From Podarcis pityusensis (lineage: Eukaryota), in assembly GCA_964106645.2 (NCBI GenBank), contig OZ067044.1: 64,000 nucleotides of DNA, one strand, 5' to 3'. Within the stretch, counting starts at the first letter, position 1; each line of letters opens with the position of its first letter. Shown piece after piece: positions 11,764-24,730 of the stretch. A program made the translations under genes and the position numbers. Below the pieces are notes generated by a model. The model was not told the DNA's origin. It did not search any database and saw nothing but the letters and a program-made list of their open reading frames with translations.

Positions 11764-11897
11764 CAGTCTTCTCCAGCCTGGGTCACCAGATGTTGGACTA
11801 CAACTTCCACCATCCCTTACCATGGACCCTGCTGGCTGTGAGTGTATTGGGGTTTGGAGTCCCACACCATCTGTGTATCCAAGGTTTGGGAATGCTG
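11764..11897. mobile_element. Degraded palindromic hAT-type MITE (same family as 17036-17171)
   Basis: cagatgttggactacaacttccaccatccct...ggagtccca..catctg internal inverted arms. Confidence 0.65.
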
Positions 11898-12550
11898 CTG
11901 GCGAGGGAACATGGTCATCTGGAATGACTTTTGGTCAGATCAGGTGAAGAGAACCAATGGGCTGTCTAGTAAGTAGATGCATGTAAGGAAGTGGGAGGAC
12001 ATTACTGCCTTTTCTTCCCTCCCTTAACTTTATTTGGCCCACCACAAATTGTACCAGTGCACAGACTTGGAGAGAATCAGTTCAAGGCACAGGTGCTCCT
12101 GACATATGCTCATTCTTGCATCTTTCCAGAAGGAGAGAAAATATTTTCTTCCAGCCAACATTTATACAGTGGGGAAGAAACTGTTCTTGGGTTGCAAGGA
12201 CTGGTTAGAATATAAATTCAGTTATATTTCTGCAGTAATTTTAGAAGCACCACAGCAGGAGAATTGTTCTGTATACCTTGTTTGTAACCTGACCTTGTTT
12301 ATATCTGAGGGAGAGACCTTATTTGTGATCCATTGGCAAGGTAAGATCATGTAGTACAGCATTTTTTAGTAGTAGCCTGTAATTCATGGTACGTCTAACA
12401 CTTGTCACACCCTAACCTTGCTGGTGTTCCATAAATGTTACCTAGGCAAGCATTCAGTTGACAGGTGCTAAATTCTGATATTGCTCTAGAAACTTAAGAA
12501 ACTTGTGATTCTTTAATATGTTTTGTTTTATTGCACATTATTATAATAAG

Positions 12551-12633
12551 GTTTTTATTGTGAACTGTTTGGAGTTTTTTATTGTGAACTGTTTGGAGTT
12601 TTTTATTGTGAACTGTTTGGAGTTGTGAACTGT
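12551..12633. repeat. 24-bp tandem repeat x3 plus a partial unit
   Basis: Unit gttttttattgtgaactgtttgga. Confidence 0.9.
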
Positions 12634-13216
12634 CTGGCAGCATAGACATTTTAAATAAAACAATTATGTATGAAATTTTTCTTATCTTGCAAAAATAAAT
12701 TGATTTGCTAACAATTAGAAGCTTTTTTCAGATATTAGAAAGAAAGTGAAAACAAAATTGGGTTCTGTTTTTAAGGATTTACGGTTCTTGAGATGTACCA
12801 GTAAATGACAGAAATAAGCATATCAAAATTCTTGTTTTGGAAATTTACCAGAGTGCTTTATAAAATATTATCCTTCACTGATAATTTATGGAACTGAGAA
12901 TGAACTTGGATAATTAATTAGACACCTAGCTTTAAGAGTCACTACAGATATCATAACTGATGCATTTACAATGCTTCTTTTTCATTTTCGATATTTATCT
13001 TCCTGCCATGACAAACATTGTGCTTAACTGGTAAATGATGGAAATGGGGATGAAATCTGACCATTAGCCAAAGGCGGTTGGTTGGCCACTGACATTTTCT
13101 AGTAAATGTCAGAATTTATGATATTAATTGTTAGTATTCAAAAAGTTAAGAATTAATGGTAAACTAATCACTGAGGTTATGACATTAGCCATAACAGACA
13201 CAGCTTTTTTTTTTTT

Positions 13217-13219
<3 letters not shown>

Positions 13220-13260
<41 letters not shown>
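13220..13260. repeat. (GA)n microsatellite
   Basis: About 20 units, preceded by a T run. Confidence 0.95.
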
Positions 13261-13262
<2 letters not shown>

Positions 13263-15115
13263 TTATTGCTATTCTTGCCTTGATGGTGTAAAATTAAACA
13301 AATATAATTGGATATTTTATATTCAAAGCAAATGTTTGTTTCTTGTTCATGTAGACTTAAAATCATTAGTAAATATCATTTATGCATTAGAGACCTGGCC
13401 ACCTTTAAATATTTTTTCCCTTTTAGGAAACCAGTAGGCAGTAGTGTGTGGGGGGTTTTTTGGGCTCATCAAATGCAAGAGAACAAATACACAATATCAC
13501 TGTAATATTTTTCCTCAAAGAATATTTCATTTCCATATTTATCTTATTTATGCAAATTACGCCATTGCTGTATTTTCATTTTAGCATATTTCTATTCAGT
13601 GCCCAGCGATGTATCTGTCTCAATGCTGCAACGCTCATGTTTGCAGATGATCCACAGAAATATAAACAAGACATTTGTAGCAGCAGTATTTCATTACTAA
13701 AGCTGAGAGATGTCAAACGTAATTACTGAGACTAACATCTGGAGCGCTTTATTGAAGAGGAAACTGCCAGGATTGTTAGCATACACAAAGCAACATTATT
13801 CATATGAGTGAGGCTTTATAACTGCTGCCAAGTTAGGTGAGTAGTATAAGCAGAAAGCATAAAATCCAACAGAGTCGGTTTATGAGTATACCTCCTACAA
13901 TGATCTTTATGTCTATATAGCAGAACTCCATGCAATAGTTTCAGAGAATTCTGAAGCAATGAACATCATTCATCTGTAGAGGTCTATGGTGAAAAAGATA
14001 CAGGTGCATTTGAGTTTGCATTTTCACAACCTCCCTGAAGATCTGTTACTACTATTTCCTTTGGTGAACTTTAGTATATCAAAGGTGACTTTTTTGTACT
14101 TTCTGTTCCTGTATTAGCACCTGATGCTCTCTATAGGTAAAGCCTAATGAAAAGCTTAATGTGAATTTTTCCTTTCTTATCGACATCTGCCCATTACCAC
14201 ACATCTTTTCTGTGCTAGTGTCCTTGAGTAAGAATGATCCTTGCTAATGAGTTTTCAGTTGCCAACAAGTAATTGGCATTGTTTACAAAATATTCCCAGT
14301 CTTTTAGGCAGCCATGTAACCAACATTTCAGTAGTTCCTCACTTGTCAGGGAAGAAGATAATACAATAATCAATGCCACTGGAAATCAGTGACCAGATGT
14401 TTTGTTGTTGGTCCAAAGTAACAAAAACAAGAATTTGACCTAAAATGGCAAACAAGGTGCTCCTGCTACAAAATTTTGGTTGCAGTCCTATGCTCTCTCA
14501 TTAGAAACTAAATGGGACTCATTTTGCCTTCGGATTGTACTGTATAGCATTGCACTGTCAATATGGAGAAGAATCTGGTCAATTTTTGCACCTTAGCTTG
14601 GTTGCAGAGAAAAAAAAATAATGAACATGTTCTCGCAGCCCAGATTGTGACTGCAGAAACCATAGAATGGTAGCATAAAAAATGCTAATGACAGGGTCAA
14701 AAGTAGTTACCCTTCCCAGTAACATTCCTTATTTCCATGGGTAGAGTGTTCCATATGGCAGGTGCCACTATTTGTTTTAAGAACCAAATGCTAGTTTCTG
14801 TATCTTCACCAAAAGAGGAAGTAATGCTTCACTGGTATTTTAAATATATTGTTTCTCTTACGAGAATGGAACTTGGGAATAGATGCACCAGAGTCTTCTG
14901 GTAGCCTTACACTGAAGAATGTTGGGGACATGGATTCCAAACACAAAGAATATTAGGTCAGATTGTGGAGCAATTTACAAACACTACCATTCAGAAAGAG
15001 ATACAGGAATGTGTCTTAACATTCAATTTGTGCTTAATTTATTTGTGTACATGTTAAACCATTGCATGAATGTAAATAATCGATCTGACTCCAGTTGGAA
15101 AAAGGAATAAAGTTA

Positions 15116-15586
15116 CCGTATTTTTCGCCCTATAGGACGCACTTTTTCCCCTCCAAAAATGAAGGGGAAATGTGTGTGCGTCCTATGGGGTGAATGCAGG
15201 CTTTCGCTGCAGCCTGGAGAGCGAGAGGGGTTGGTGCGCACCGACCCCTCTCGCTCACCAGGCTTTGCGGACCTCTCCGCAAGCAGCGGGAGCCAGCGCT
15301 GGGCTCCCGCTGCTTGCAGAGAGTTGCCTGCATGCTGAAGCCTGCGCATGCTGAGCTCAGCACGTCCAGGCTTCGCGCATCTCTCAGCAAGCAGCGGGAG
15401 CCAGCGCTGGGCTCCCACGGCTTGCAGAGAGCTGCCTGTTTGGGGTCTGTGGTCGGGGGAAGCTCGGGCTTCCCCCGCCCCAGCCCCGTGCCTGGGGGGG
15501 AAAAATAATTCCCCCCCCTTTATTTCCCCCTTAAAAAACTAGATGTGCCTTATGGGACGGTGCGTCCTATAGGGCGAAAAATACGG
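15116..15586. mobile_element. Non-autonomous Tc1/mariner (pogo/Tigger-like) MITE, CCGTA-end family
   Basis: Perfect 27-bp TIR CCGTATTTTTCGCCCTATAGGACGCAC; TA TSD on both sides; GC-rich hairpin interior. Confidence 0.92.
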
Positions 15587-15619
15587 TAATTACTTTCCAA
15601 TGGCAAAATATTTCTTCAG

Positions 15620-15621
<2 letters not shown>

Positions 15622-15671
<50 letters not shown>

Positions 15672-15680
15672 CCCCCCCCC
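15622..15680. repeat. (CT)n microsatellite plus C run
   Basis: Direct inspection. Confidence 0.95.
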
Positions 15681-17035
15681 AGCAGTGTATTAGCTAAGGC
15701 AAGAAATAATGAAGGTGCACTCCTTGTCCACTGCAGGCTTCTGATTAAAAGCCACAGTACAAAATTTATTAAGGACTTCAGTAGGTAAATGAAGTGGCAC
15801 TCTTGAGAGGAGAATTACCTATGTTCTTTCCAATGTCAGTTAAGCAGTGTTTAACCTCAGCAAGGTCTTGATACTTGCCTGTCAATCATTGAGTCATTCT
15901 GTATCTCAAGGATATAGATTAAAATGAAAGCAAAGTTGCACTGAGATAGTACCAGTGTGCATAGTAAGTCTGGATAAATAAATAAAAAAACAACCTTGTA
16001 ACTAATGTTGAGAAAAAATAGCTGTATAATTTAAAACATCCTGTTTATCCTCCCAAAGCTCTCGCTTTTAACCTATTATCCTAATCTATCTGCTTAAAAT
16101 AAATGCTGCTAAGTACACACATTAGTGGTGTGGAGAACTTAACATCCATAATCACATGAGTGTGTTAATGGGAGTTGCCTCTTGCTGTTATGGAGAGGCA
16201 AAGCACTCACTCTGCAGAACTCCAAGAAACATTGCGTTTTCTTCTTGGGGGCTGGGCAAGGAACTGTATACATGAATGCCTAGGAAAAGAATGTTTATTT
16301 CTCTTTGTTGTGTTCTTTTTCCATCATTGTGCAGTATCACAAAGCATACATGCACAAAATCAATAACATAGAAATTTCCCTGACAGGAAAATGTCAGGGC
16401 AGGACAACCATATTTTCCTTTTTTTGAACCCCACCCCACCCTGCAATCCTTGCTAGTAAATGGCATTCTTTTGAGAGTGTGGAGAGTAGGTTTGGCTAAT
16501 GCAAGTGGGGAATGAGATTGGGGAAAGGGCTGGAATTCTGCAAACATGACAGGAGGCGCAGTTGGTGTTCTGTTCCAGACTGCAGCCCGTAGGGGTGTCA
16601 AGGCTAAGCATGACAAGAGTCCAGAACGAGTTTCAGGTGGTCAGGACCACAGACAGCTCACTGTGAATTCTTTTTCACACTGTCAAGCAAGCTGGAAAGA
16701 AGGCAAGACCTAGCAGTAAGCAGAGTTCTTCAGCTGTGAGTTTAGCCTTGCAGCCAGATGGATATCTGATCTCAAGCTCTACCTGTTTGAGGTTAAAGGT
16801 GCTATGTCCTATTCTGAATCACCCTGCTGCGGTTGAGCTTAGAAAGCCTCCTGCTAATCATGGGTCTGGCATGATAGTGGAGGCAGCCCTTGCTAAGTTG
16901 CAAGTACTTAAGGTGGATGGGATGAGAGGAGCAGGGCAATCTCAGGCAAAAAAAATAGTGGAAGCTCTAAAGCTACCTTTCTAGGAAAGTATATCGACAA
17001 GGTGGTTGCTTGGGAGGCTTCTCTGCCCTCTAAAG

Positions 17036-17171
17036 CAGGCATAGGCAAAGTCGGCCCTCCAGACGTTTTGGGACTAAAACTCCCACCATCCCTAACTAAC
17101 AGGACCAGTGGTCAGGGATGATAGGCGCTGTAGTCTCAAAACATCTGGAGGGCCGAGTTTGCCTGTGCCTG
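17036..17171. mobile_element. Palindromic hAT-type MITE
   Basis: caggcataggcaaagtcggccctccagacgttttgggacta ... tagtctcaaaacatctggagggccgagtttgcctgtgcctg; imperfect 8-bp TSD ctctaaag / ttctagag. Confidence 0.85.
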
Positions 17172-17260
17172 TTCTAGAGGCTATGGGGTAGTGTGGGCAG
17201 AGGAGAAGGAAGGTGTTTGGAGCTTTGAGCCATAAGAAGGTTGATTAACTGATTGGAATA

Positions 17261-17474
17261 CAGTGGTACCCCTGGATACTCACACCTCTGGTTGCATATC
17301 CTCCGGGTTACACACATGACAAACCCAGAAGTATTTTTTCGGATTTCGCCATGTGCGCATGCGCAGAAGCGCTCTACCACACCGTGCGCGTGCGCAGAAC
17401 AGGCACCTCCGATTGCAAATTCCTCAGGATCCAACCAGAGCTCCAGGTCCCGTGCGCAACTGGAAGTACCACTG
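17261..17474. mobile_element. Tc1/mariner MITE, CAGTGGTACC-end family
   Basis: TA|cagtggtacc ... gtaccactg|CA (right TA mutated). Confidence 0.8.
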
Positions 17475-18130
17475 CACTACTGGATAGTTTAATCCAATCA
17501 TGCAGATTATTCTGGAATTTTCTGCTTTGCAGCAGCAGGTTTATGATGATGCCTAGATATTATTATTAATTTATTAGAGTGCAGTGATAACCATACTGAT
17601 GGAAATGTGGCTATTCAACAGACATTGGTGTGCAGTGCTGGGCTGATGTCACCAGTGCGTTGAGAGCTAAAATGCAGAAAGCTTATGATATCTTTTATCA
17701 TTATAATTTTGCATTCAGAGAACTTTAGTTAGAAGGGGTTAAGATGAATGTTTGATTAACGTGAACAGAAGTGTTGAGCAGACAATTATTTCAGTAAAAT
17801 AGAAATGCTTTAGTTTGAGCCTAAGATTTGCTGTTCCTGCACACAGGTACTTCAGAAAGATGTAGAAAAACATCTACATTCACATGGTGAAATCTGGTAT
17901 TGCTCTCAAGATGTTGTGATAAGCGTTCCCGGGTTTCTAGGCTTCTATGCCAGTGTAAATGCTTGTGACTGGCGTACCAGACTGAATTCTGTAGCTCTGA
18001 AGAACAAGTCCTTGAAGATACTGATGCTGCAGTTCTGACATAAACCAAACATTTCACCATCTGTTTCTTGGATCTTTAAAATGTGCATAATGGTTGGGTT
18101 CCAAAGAACCACAGGTGTGTACCTAGGCCT

Positions 18131-18203
18131 AAAGCAGGAGTGAGGAACTTCAGGCATGGGGTCAAAAGCAGGAGTGAGGAACTTCAGGCATGGGGTCAAA
18201 AGC
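18131..18203. repeat. Exact 34-bp tandem duplication
   Basis: aaagcaggagtgaggaacttcaggcatggggtca x2; resembles a duplicated hAT MITE 5' end. Confidence 0.9.
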
Positions 18204-20298
18204 GGCCCTTCATTCCTTTCTGTCTGGCTCAATCCTCATGCCTTGCTTTGTACCTTCCTGGAATGCTTTTGTGTTGCTAGTATATGTCCCTCAACTGCAC
18301 TATGCCTTGTTTTCCTGGATGGTGGATGGAGAGGTGTAGATGTAAAAAGCTCTGACTTTTGCAGGGAGAGAATTAGCATTCTGTGCAAAGGGTTTTTTGT
18401 TGTTGTTGTTTTACTTTTTAACTTTCCCCCCACAACTGGAAGCACCTGGAAGGTTGCCCATAAAGGAATGTGGTACTTGGGCAGAAAAGGGTCCTATACC
18501 CTTGGACTTTGCTATTTTTTGCTTCCAGTTTTGCCTTTTGCACTGATTGAGTCCATGGGTGGTGCTGTATGTGTCCAGAATGTCATTGCACATCCGTCCG
18601 ACAGTTATTTAAATCATGGCCATTGCATTTTTATTTATTTATTTATTTATTTTGGTTTAAGACCAAAAGTAAACCTTTATATTTATTCAGTAAATCCATT
18701 CCAAAATACACCCTGTCATAAAGCAATTCAACCATATGCAATTCAATTACACTCATATAGAAAGCAACACAAATTGGGATTTGACTCCTGATTTATGAAC
18801 GGCTGCTTTCAGTAAAAATAGAAATTAAACTTCAAGCCAATGTTTTAAAGCAGTTTGTTAAGGTGACAATTTGAAACCTGGAAATATTGAACTACCAATG
18901 TTATCCTGAACTCCAGACTTTATATACAGTGATGTGTGATGATGGATATGGATTTTTGAGTCATCTGGATTTTTGAGATATGAACAACTTTCAGATTTTT
19001 TTAAAAAAATACTATGAATAGTTTTGATCAAACTATTTGATCAGGGTTGTTTTTTTTTACAAAGTTGTAGGAAAATGGGGAATCTTTAGCAGAACACTAA
19101 AGCAAGAGAAAAACATTCTAAATGGTGAGTCAATCAATGCTCCTGTTGTTCTACAAGCTAAAGAAAAGAAACCTTAGTAAAATAAGAAAACACTGTTTGT
19201 AAATGAGTGGGAGCATAATCATCTGTCTCACACCAAATTTATCTCTGAATTTTATACAGATTTTAAGGCATGAGTGGGCTTATGAAGCTTCTGTAGAATA
19301 TCAAACACATAGTTAATTGGGCTTTATGGTACAGTTTAATTTTACATAATTGCCTAGCAAAACCATCCAGTAGTTCAGGTTGTTGATGCTTATGTTGTAA
19401 CGTTTGCAGCTAGTTACAGGAACAACAAATGTACATTAGTTTTAAGAATGCAAAAAGATACCACCCATTGCTTTGAAATGAGAGACTTATAAAAAACAAT
19501 GTAATCCAACCTAGAATAAAAGGGCCCTCCTTATTTCTTAAAGTTTCAAACAGAATTAAAACAAAAACCCAAACCCTTTAATAACCCTCTTGTAATCCTT
19601 TAATCCTGTAAGCCTTTATCTAGGGTTTGTGTATATTACCAGACTTGCTTTGATTACAGTCATCAAAGAATGGGATTTTGATGTCTAAGAGTACACATGG
19701 GGCTTTAAGGACCTTAATTTATCTATTTCACTTGGCTTGGAATCTTGTAACCAGTAAATAACATTTTTGAAAAGTATCATGGAGTATGCGGAAAATTGTG
19801 AAGAGGGAGTACCGTTACGTAGAAACAATCTAGGTGTGCCACCGCATTAAAAGTTCAAGATCTTGTGTGGTTGGAGAATGCCAAGATACTTTGGGCAGCA
19901 TAAGGAGAAGGACTTACATGTGCCACAAGATATTTGTGGCTTGTTAGCATTTACAATGAGAGTACTGTGTGCGTTGGGATGACTCTTAGACTTCTGCACT
20001 CTCATTTGTACTGAAGGCTCATGATCTTAAGGTGGATTAGCCTTCCCTCATCTCTGAACTTTTACTTTCTTTTTGGGATACTGTTTTTATAACATCTTTA
20101 CTGAAGTTGGCGCAGGGCTGTGTCTTTTAGGCCCTCCATATGTTACTGCAGGGCCACTTAACTGAGGCATTTCTTCTGCCCCACCACGTAACATTTTGAA
20201 GCTCGAAAGCATGTAGTTGGGACCAACTGTAGAGCTCCTTACCTTTTTATTGTCACAGTCCTTCTTGTCCTCAGAACTGGACCCATAGGACCTAGCTC

Positions 20299-20471
20299 CT
20301 AGGGGCCGAGGTCCCTTTGCCCCCCCCCGAAACAAAATATTTCAGGGGGTCATCCGCCCCAAAGTTGATGGACATTGCCATTCAAATGGTATGCATGTGC
20401 TGCATCTTGTGATTGCTTATACAGGGCAGGGCTTACCTGTCCCCCAATATGTTACTCAAGTTGGCAGCCCA
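20299..20471. mobile_element. Degraded hAT-like MITE
   Basis: taggggcc... start and ...caagttggcagccc end, with internal ccccaatat/aaaatatt motifs; TSD not resolved. Confidence 0.4.
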
Positions 20472-23400
20472 ATTGGATTTATGCAAAATGATTGTAGGAT
20501 TCCACTGCAATAATGCATGAAGGGCTCCCACTGTTGTAGTCAGAAGTTTGATCTATTTGCCTTCTACCAAAAATTTTATTTAACTATTTTTTGTTCTTAG
20601 CTGCTTTCGCTGACAAAACAAGGGTGTGTGCCTCAGATGTTTGTTGGTGTTGTGAGATCTCTAAGGGCACACTGGAACTAATCACTTGCTGTTTCGATGT
20701 GGGTGGAAGTAGCCAGGCAAATAAATTTAGTGTTCAATGCTTGCTGCTCTTTTCCAAATATGCACACGTACTTCTGGGCTGCTACCCAGGAGCTTAGGCC
20801 TTCAGTAAGGCTCAAAAGGCATGAGCACAAAGATTTGTACTAGTTGCCAAACACTGTATTTTTGTGAGGCTGGAAGGCAAAAATGTAGCCTTGCCCATGA
20901 AATCTGGATATTAGAGTTGCTTGCCCTGGCAGCAAATGAAAGAATGCCACATAAAAAGAGAGATAAATTAGGAAAGTTTAAAACCATCTGGTAGCCATTT
21001 TTAGACTGCTTTTCTCAGTCAAATTGGACCTGCTTCTTACTGCCTAGCTACTCCCTGCCAATTTTCCTTCTTGTATTTTCCTACTCTTGTGTATGTTTCC
21101 TGTCTCCTTTATGCCTATGTAGATGGATGGATGTAAAGGCTTTTTTGGCACTTTTGTTTTTTTACACATCACTTTTTTATGAGTAGTAATTATTTGAACT
21201 TAGCAATGAGTGAATGTGCGACTGTGAAAGGTTTGTTTTTAAATAGGACTTTAACATTTAAAGGGATTAATTGATTAAAGCATTTCATTTGTGATCATTT
21301 TTTTTTTTGGGGGGGGATAAGCTTTTTAAATATTCCTGGAACTCCTGAGGCAGTGAACACTGCATAGAAACATCACCCTTCATTGCTTGAGTATATATAT
21401 TCATTGCTCATTCCTGAAGTGGTTTTACTAATGAATGATCTGGAAACCCAGAAATGCTTTATATCTGATGGTCCATACAAAAGACAAAAGTTTGTGTAAT
21501 GTAATCCTCAGTCCACAATGTATCATGAATTCTTAAGGCATAGTAGTTGCAAGAGTGTGCCACCATTCACAGATTTATCAAATAGCCGAATACTGCTATG
21601 AACCTATGGACCCATCTTGGAAAAGGCAGCTCACTATGTATCTACATGATTCATTAGTATATCCTTTTATCTTGTGTTAATACAGTATATTGCTATTTTT
21701 TATAGTATCCTGCCATCATTTAAGGTACTACATCAAGTTACCCACTGTACACTCAAAGTATTCACAAGTAACTTTTCAGTTTGTTTCAGTTAGATATTAT
21801 TTTTACTTTTAGGTATTCAGTCCACAAAATACTATAATAACCTGTTAAATTACATGGCAGGGAGAACTTATGGCTACATTGTGGTAACTTTGGTCTGGAA
21901 TCAATGAACATGTAAACCTAACTAAAAGTTTGTTTTTCAGCATTTTAGAGAATAGATGGTCTGGGAAAGTTTGTCACCTAGACTGGGGAATTGCTCTTTG
22001 ATCACCTGTTAATGCCCATATTTTTGCCTTCTGAGTCTTAATCCATTAGCAGAAAGGGAATGCAAGGTTGTTGGAGATATCTGGGGTTAGAAAGAAAAGA
22101 AATTGATTGATTCTGCAAGTTGTGACCTGTCTCTCTTGTAAAGTGGAGATTGCTGTGGAATAAATTGTACCTTCACTCCCACAGCATGCTAAGAAAAGGA
22201 AATATATCCTTAGTTTCCAGTGTGGCATGCAGTCCTTTGTGTGTTTTCTTCTTCTTTCGTTATTACTTCTTTCTTCTTCTTTCGTTATTACTTCTTTCGT
22301 TATTACCTAGAGGTCTTCACATCGCTCCCTTGTCAAAGATCTGCAAAAGCATGTTAGCATCATATCTATGAACTTTCAAAATAAGCTCTTTTTTTTTTTT
22401 ACAAACACTAATAGTAAAATTAATGTTTGCTTTTAAAACAGATAACCCTTAAATCGAACCTTTTACAGGTACAGCATTGGAGAAAGCATGGCTTCCTAGG
22501 CTAGGTTGTGAAATATCTTAGTACCTGCTACGCATGTTTAGCATGATTGACAGGTAGTAAAACACTTGTTAAAAGCCTTCAGCTTCCCCAATTCTTTCTA
22601 TTAAATGACCTTTTTCTGAAAGACTGAAAGCTATAATCAAGTTCCCTCTGTGTAATTCACTGGTGATTACTGATCTAAGGAAATAACGTACATCGGTAAA
22701 AGGCTTTTATATTTATGGCTTAAGATGTGCTTCCGTAATTTGAAATGAAACTCTTGCCCTGCTCTTAGCTATTAAAACCGTTTAACCTGTAAGTTAATGC
22801 ATGGGAAGTACATTGAGTATTGAAACAAGTGTATAATATTCAAAATGGGATTAAATTAATGATGTTACTATAAAGAAAGAGAAAAACATCAATTTAGTAA
22901 AAAATGCTGGTTGTCTGACTAACTTAATTGCTTTTAATAAAACAGTCTATACTTTATTGTAGGTATGTTAGTATCTCAACCCTAAACACAATACTTGCAA
23001 GTCTTATATTTTTCATTCATATACAATCGGCAGTGAAGCCATGCAATATAAGGCCATGTTAAATTTAATTTAATACTTAAATTTAAGTATTCCTTAATCA
23101 TATGCAATACTTGTACCAATATGGTGAGTGGGTAGTAGATTGATGTGGCATTCACTCAGATTTTGCAGAAAGCCAGCCCTTACTACTTCCATACAGGAGC
23201 AATTACAGCCATGCAAAAGTAACCTTAGAGCTGATTTATACCAGAGCAGCATGGTTGCTGCCCTCATGTGTCTTCCCCTCATTTTGCTCTAAATCTGTTG
23301 CACATGTAGAACAGGCTAATTGTGTGGAATGTAACCATGTCAACAATGCCAGCATCATAGGATTTAGGCTGGGTATCAGCATGCTAACTTCCTACATGAC

Positions 23401-23849
23401 TTGCTTATTAATGTGAGTGCTGAATTTACAGCTGAGCTAAAAATTCATCTTCTGCAGTATGGTTTGCAGGCCACAAATGTGACATTTTCACTTATTTCTG
23501 GGAGGGGGGATTCCACAAGTTTCCAGCAGTGGGAGCCTTGCTATGACAAGCAACTGTGGTGCTAACAGGTTATATTTCCATAATCTCTAACTTCAGAAGT
23601 TGCAACATTCTGACACAGCTTCATTTGAGGGACATTGTTGGGGGAGATGATGGCCCACACTGGCTGAGAGATAAGCCCCAGTCTCCCACCTATGCAAAAT
23701 TTTATTTTTTCCTTCACCAGTGGATTGATTTCTTTCAGTCTCAACTAACACGTCCATCGGTGCAAAGATTTCTGCTTGTGCAATAGGATATAGGGTAAGA
23801 AAGAGGGGAAGTCCTGCTGCCCAAGTGGAAATCCTTGCACTGACAAGGT

Positions 23850-24730
23850 AGTTCTTGACTAAGATGTTCATGACCAGATGAGTCTATCAGCCCTTTGGCT
23901 GCACATTCTAAACCAGATGGAGCTTCCAAACCAGACCCCAGGGCAGCCTTGTGGTAAGGTAAGGTAAGCTATGCATGGACTGCAGTAGTCAGACTGTCCT
24001 TGTCTTTGAATGGTTGTAGCTGGCAATGTAGACGAAGCTGGTCAAAGGCATTCCCACCAAAGATGTATCCAGGAGTGCCCCCAAGCTATGCACTTGCTGC
24101 TTCAGAGGGAGTGCAAGTCCTTCCGGAAAAGGTAGCATGCTACTTCCCCAAACATGGGAACCAAACCACCTAAAGAACTTCCTCCCTCCCGGGATTCAAA
24201 CACAGTTTACTGGCCCTCACTCAGTTTATTACTGCATTCAGACACTGATCTGGAGCTGTCACATCCTCTCCTGAATCAGATGCTATGGAGAAGTAGAGCA
24301 CTTTATCATCAGTGTACTGGTGACATCTTGCTCCAGAACTTCTAATGACTGCCTCCAATGGCTTCATATAATATTAAATCACACTGGGGAGGGAATAGTG
24401 TCCTGCAGAACTGCATAGCTGAAGTGTCAGGGTGCTGAGGAACACTCACACAGAGCTTCTCTTTGGACATGACCTTGAAGTTATCAATGGAGCCACTGTA
24501 ATACAGTGCTTCTGATACTCATCCTGCTTAGTCGGTCCAGGAGGGTACCACGGTCAGTCGTATCAAAGGCTTCTGAGAGATCAGGCAGAAGTGGCAAGTC
24601 CGCAGTCCCACTGTCCCTCTCACAATAAATTTCATCCATCAGGGCAGACTCAGTTCTGAAACTAGGTCTGAACCCAGGTTGTAGTGGATCTAGATCTAGA
24701 TAATCATTCTCATCTAGGAACACCTGCAGT
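23850..24730 (-). mobile_element. L2 LINE reverse-transcriptase fragment (decayed)
   Basis: ORF 24484-24723(-): LDPLQPGFRPSFRTESAL...LLPDLSEAFDTTDRGTLLDRL...VLQW, matching the L2/CR1-clade RT motifs 'DPFQSGFR..TETAL' and 'LLDLSAAFDT'. Confidence 0.8.

Noticed and set aside
12551-12633. Short direct repeats resembling a CRISPR array (also 18131 and 58646)
   Set aside because: There are no unique spacers and the context is eukaryotic; these are simple tandem duplications.
18156-18791. 211-aa ORF
   Set aside because: It spans a tandem duplication and low-complexity T-rich tracts, with no recognisable domain or splice context.
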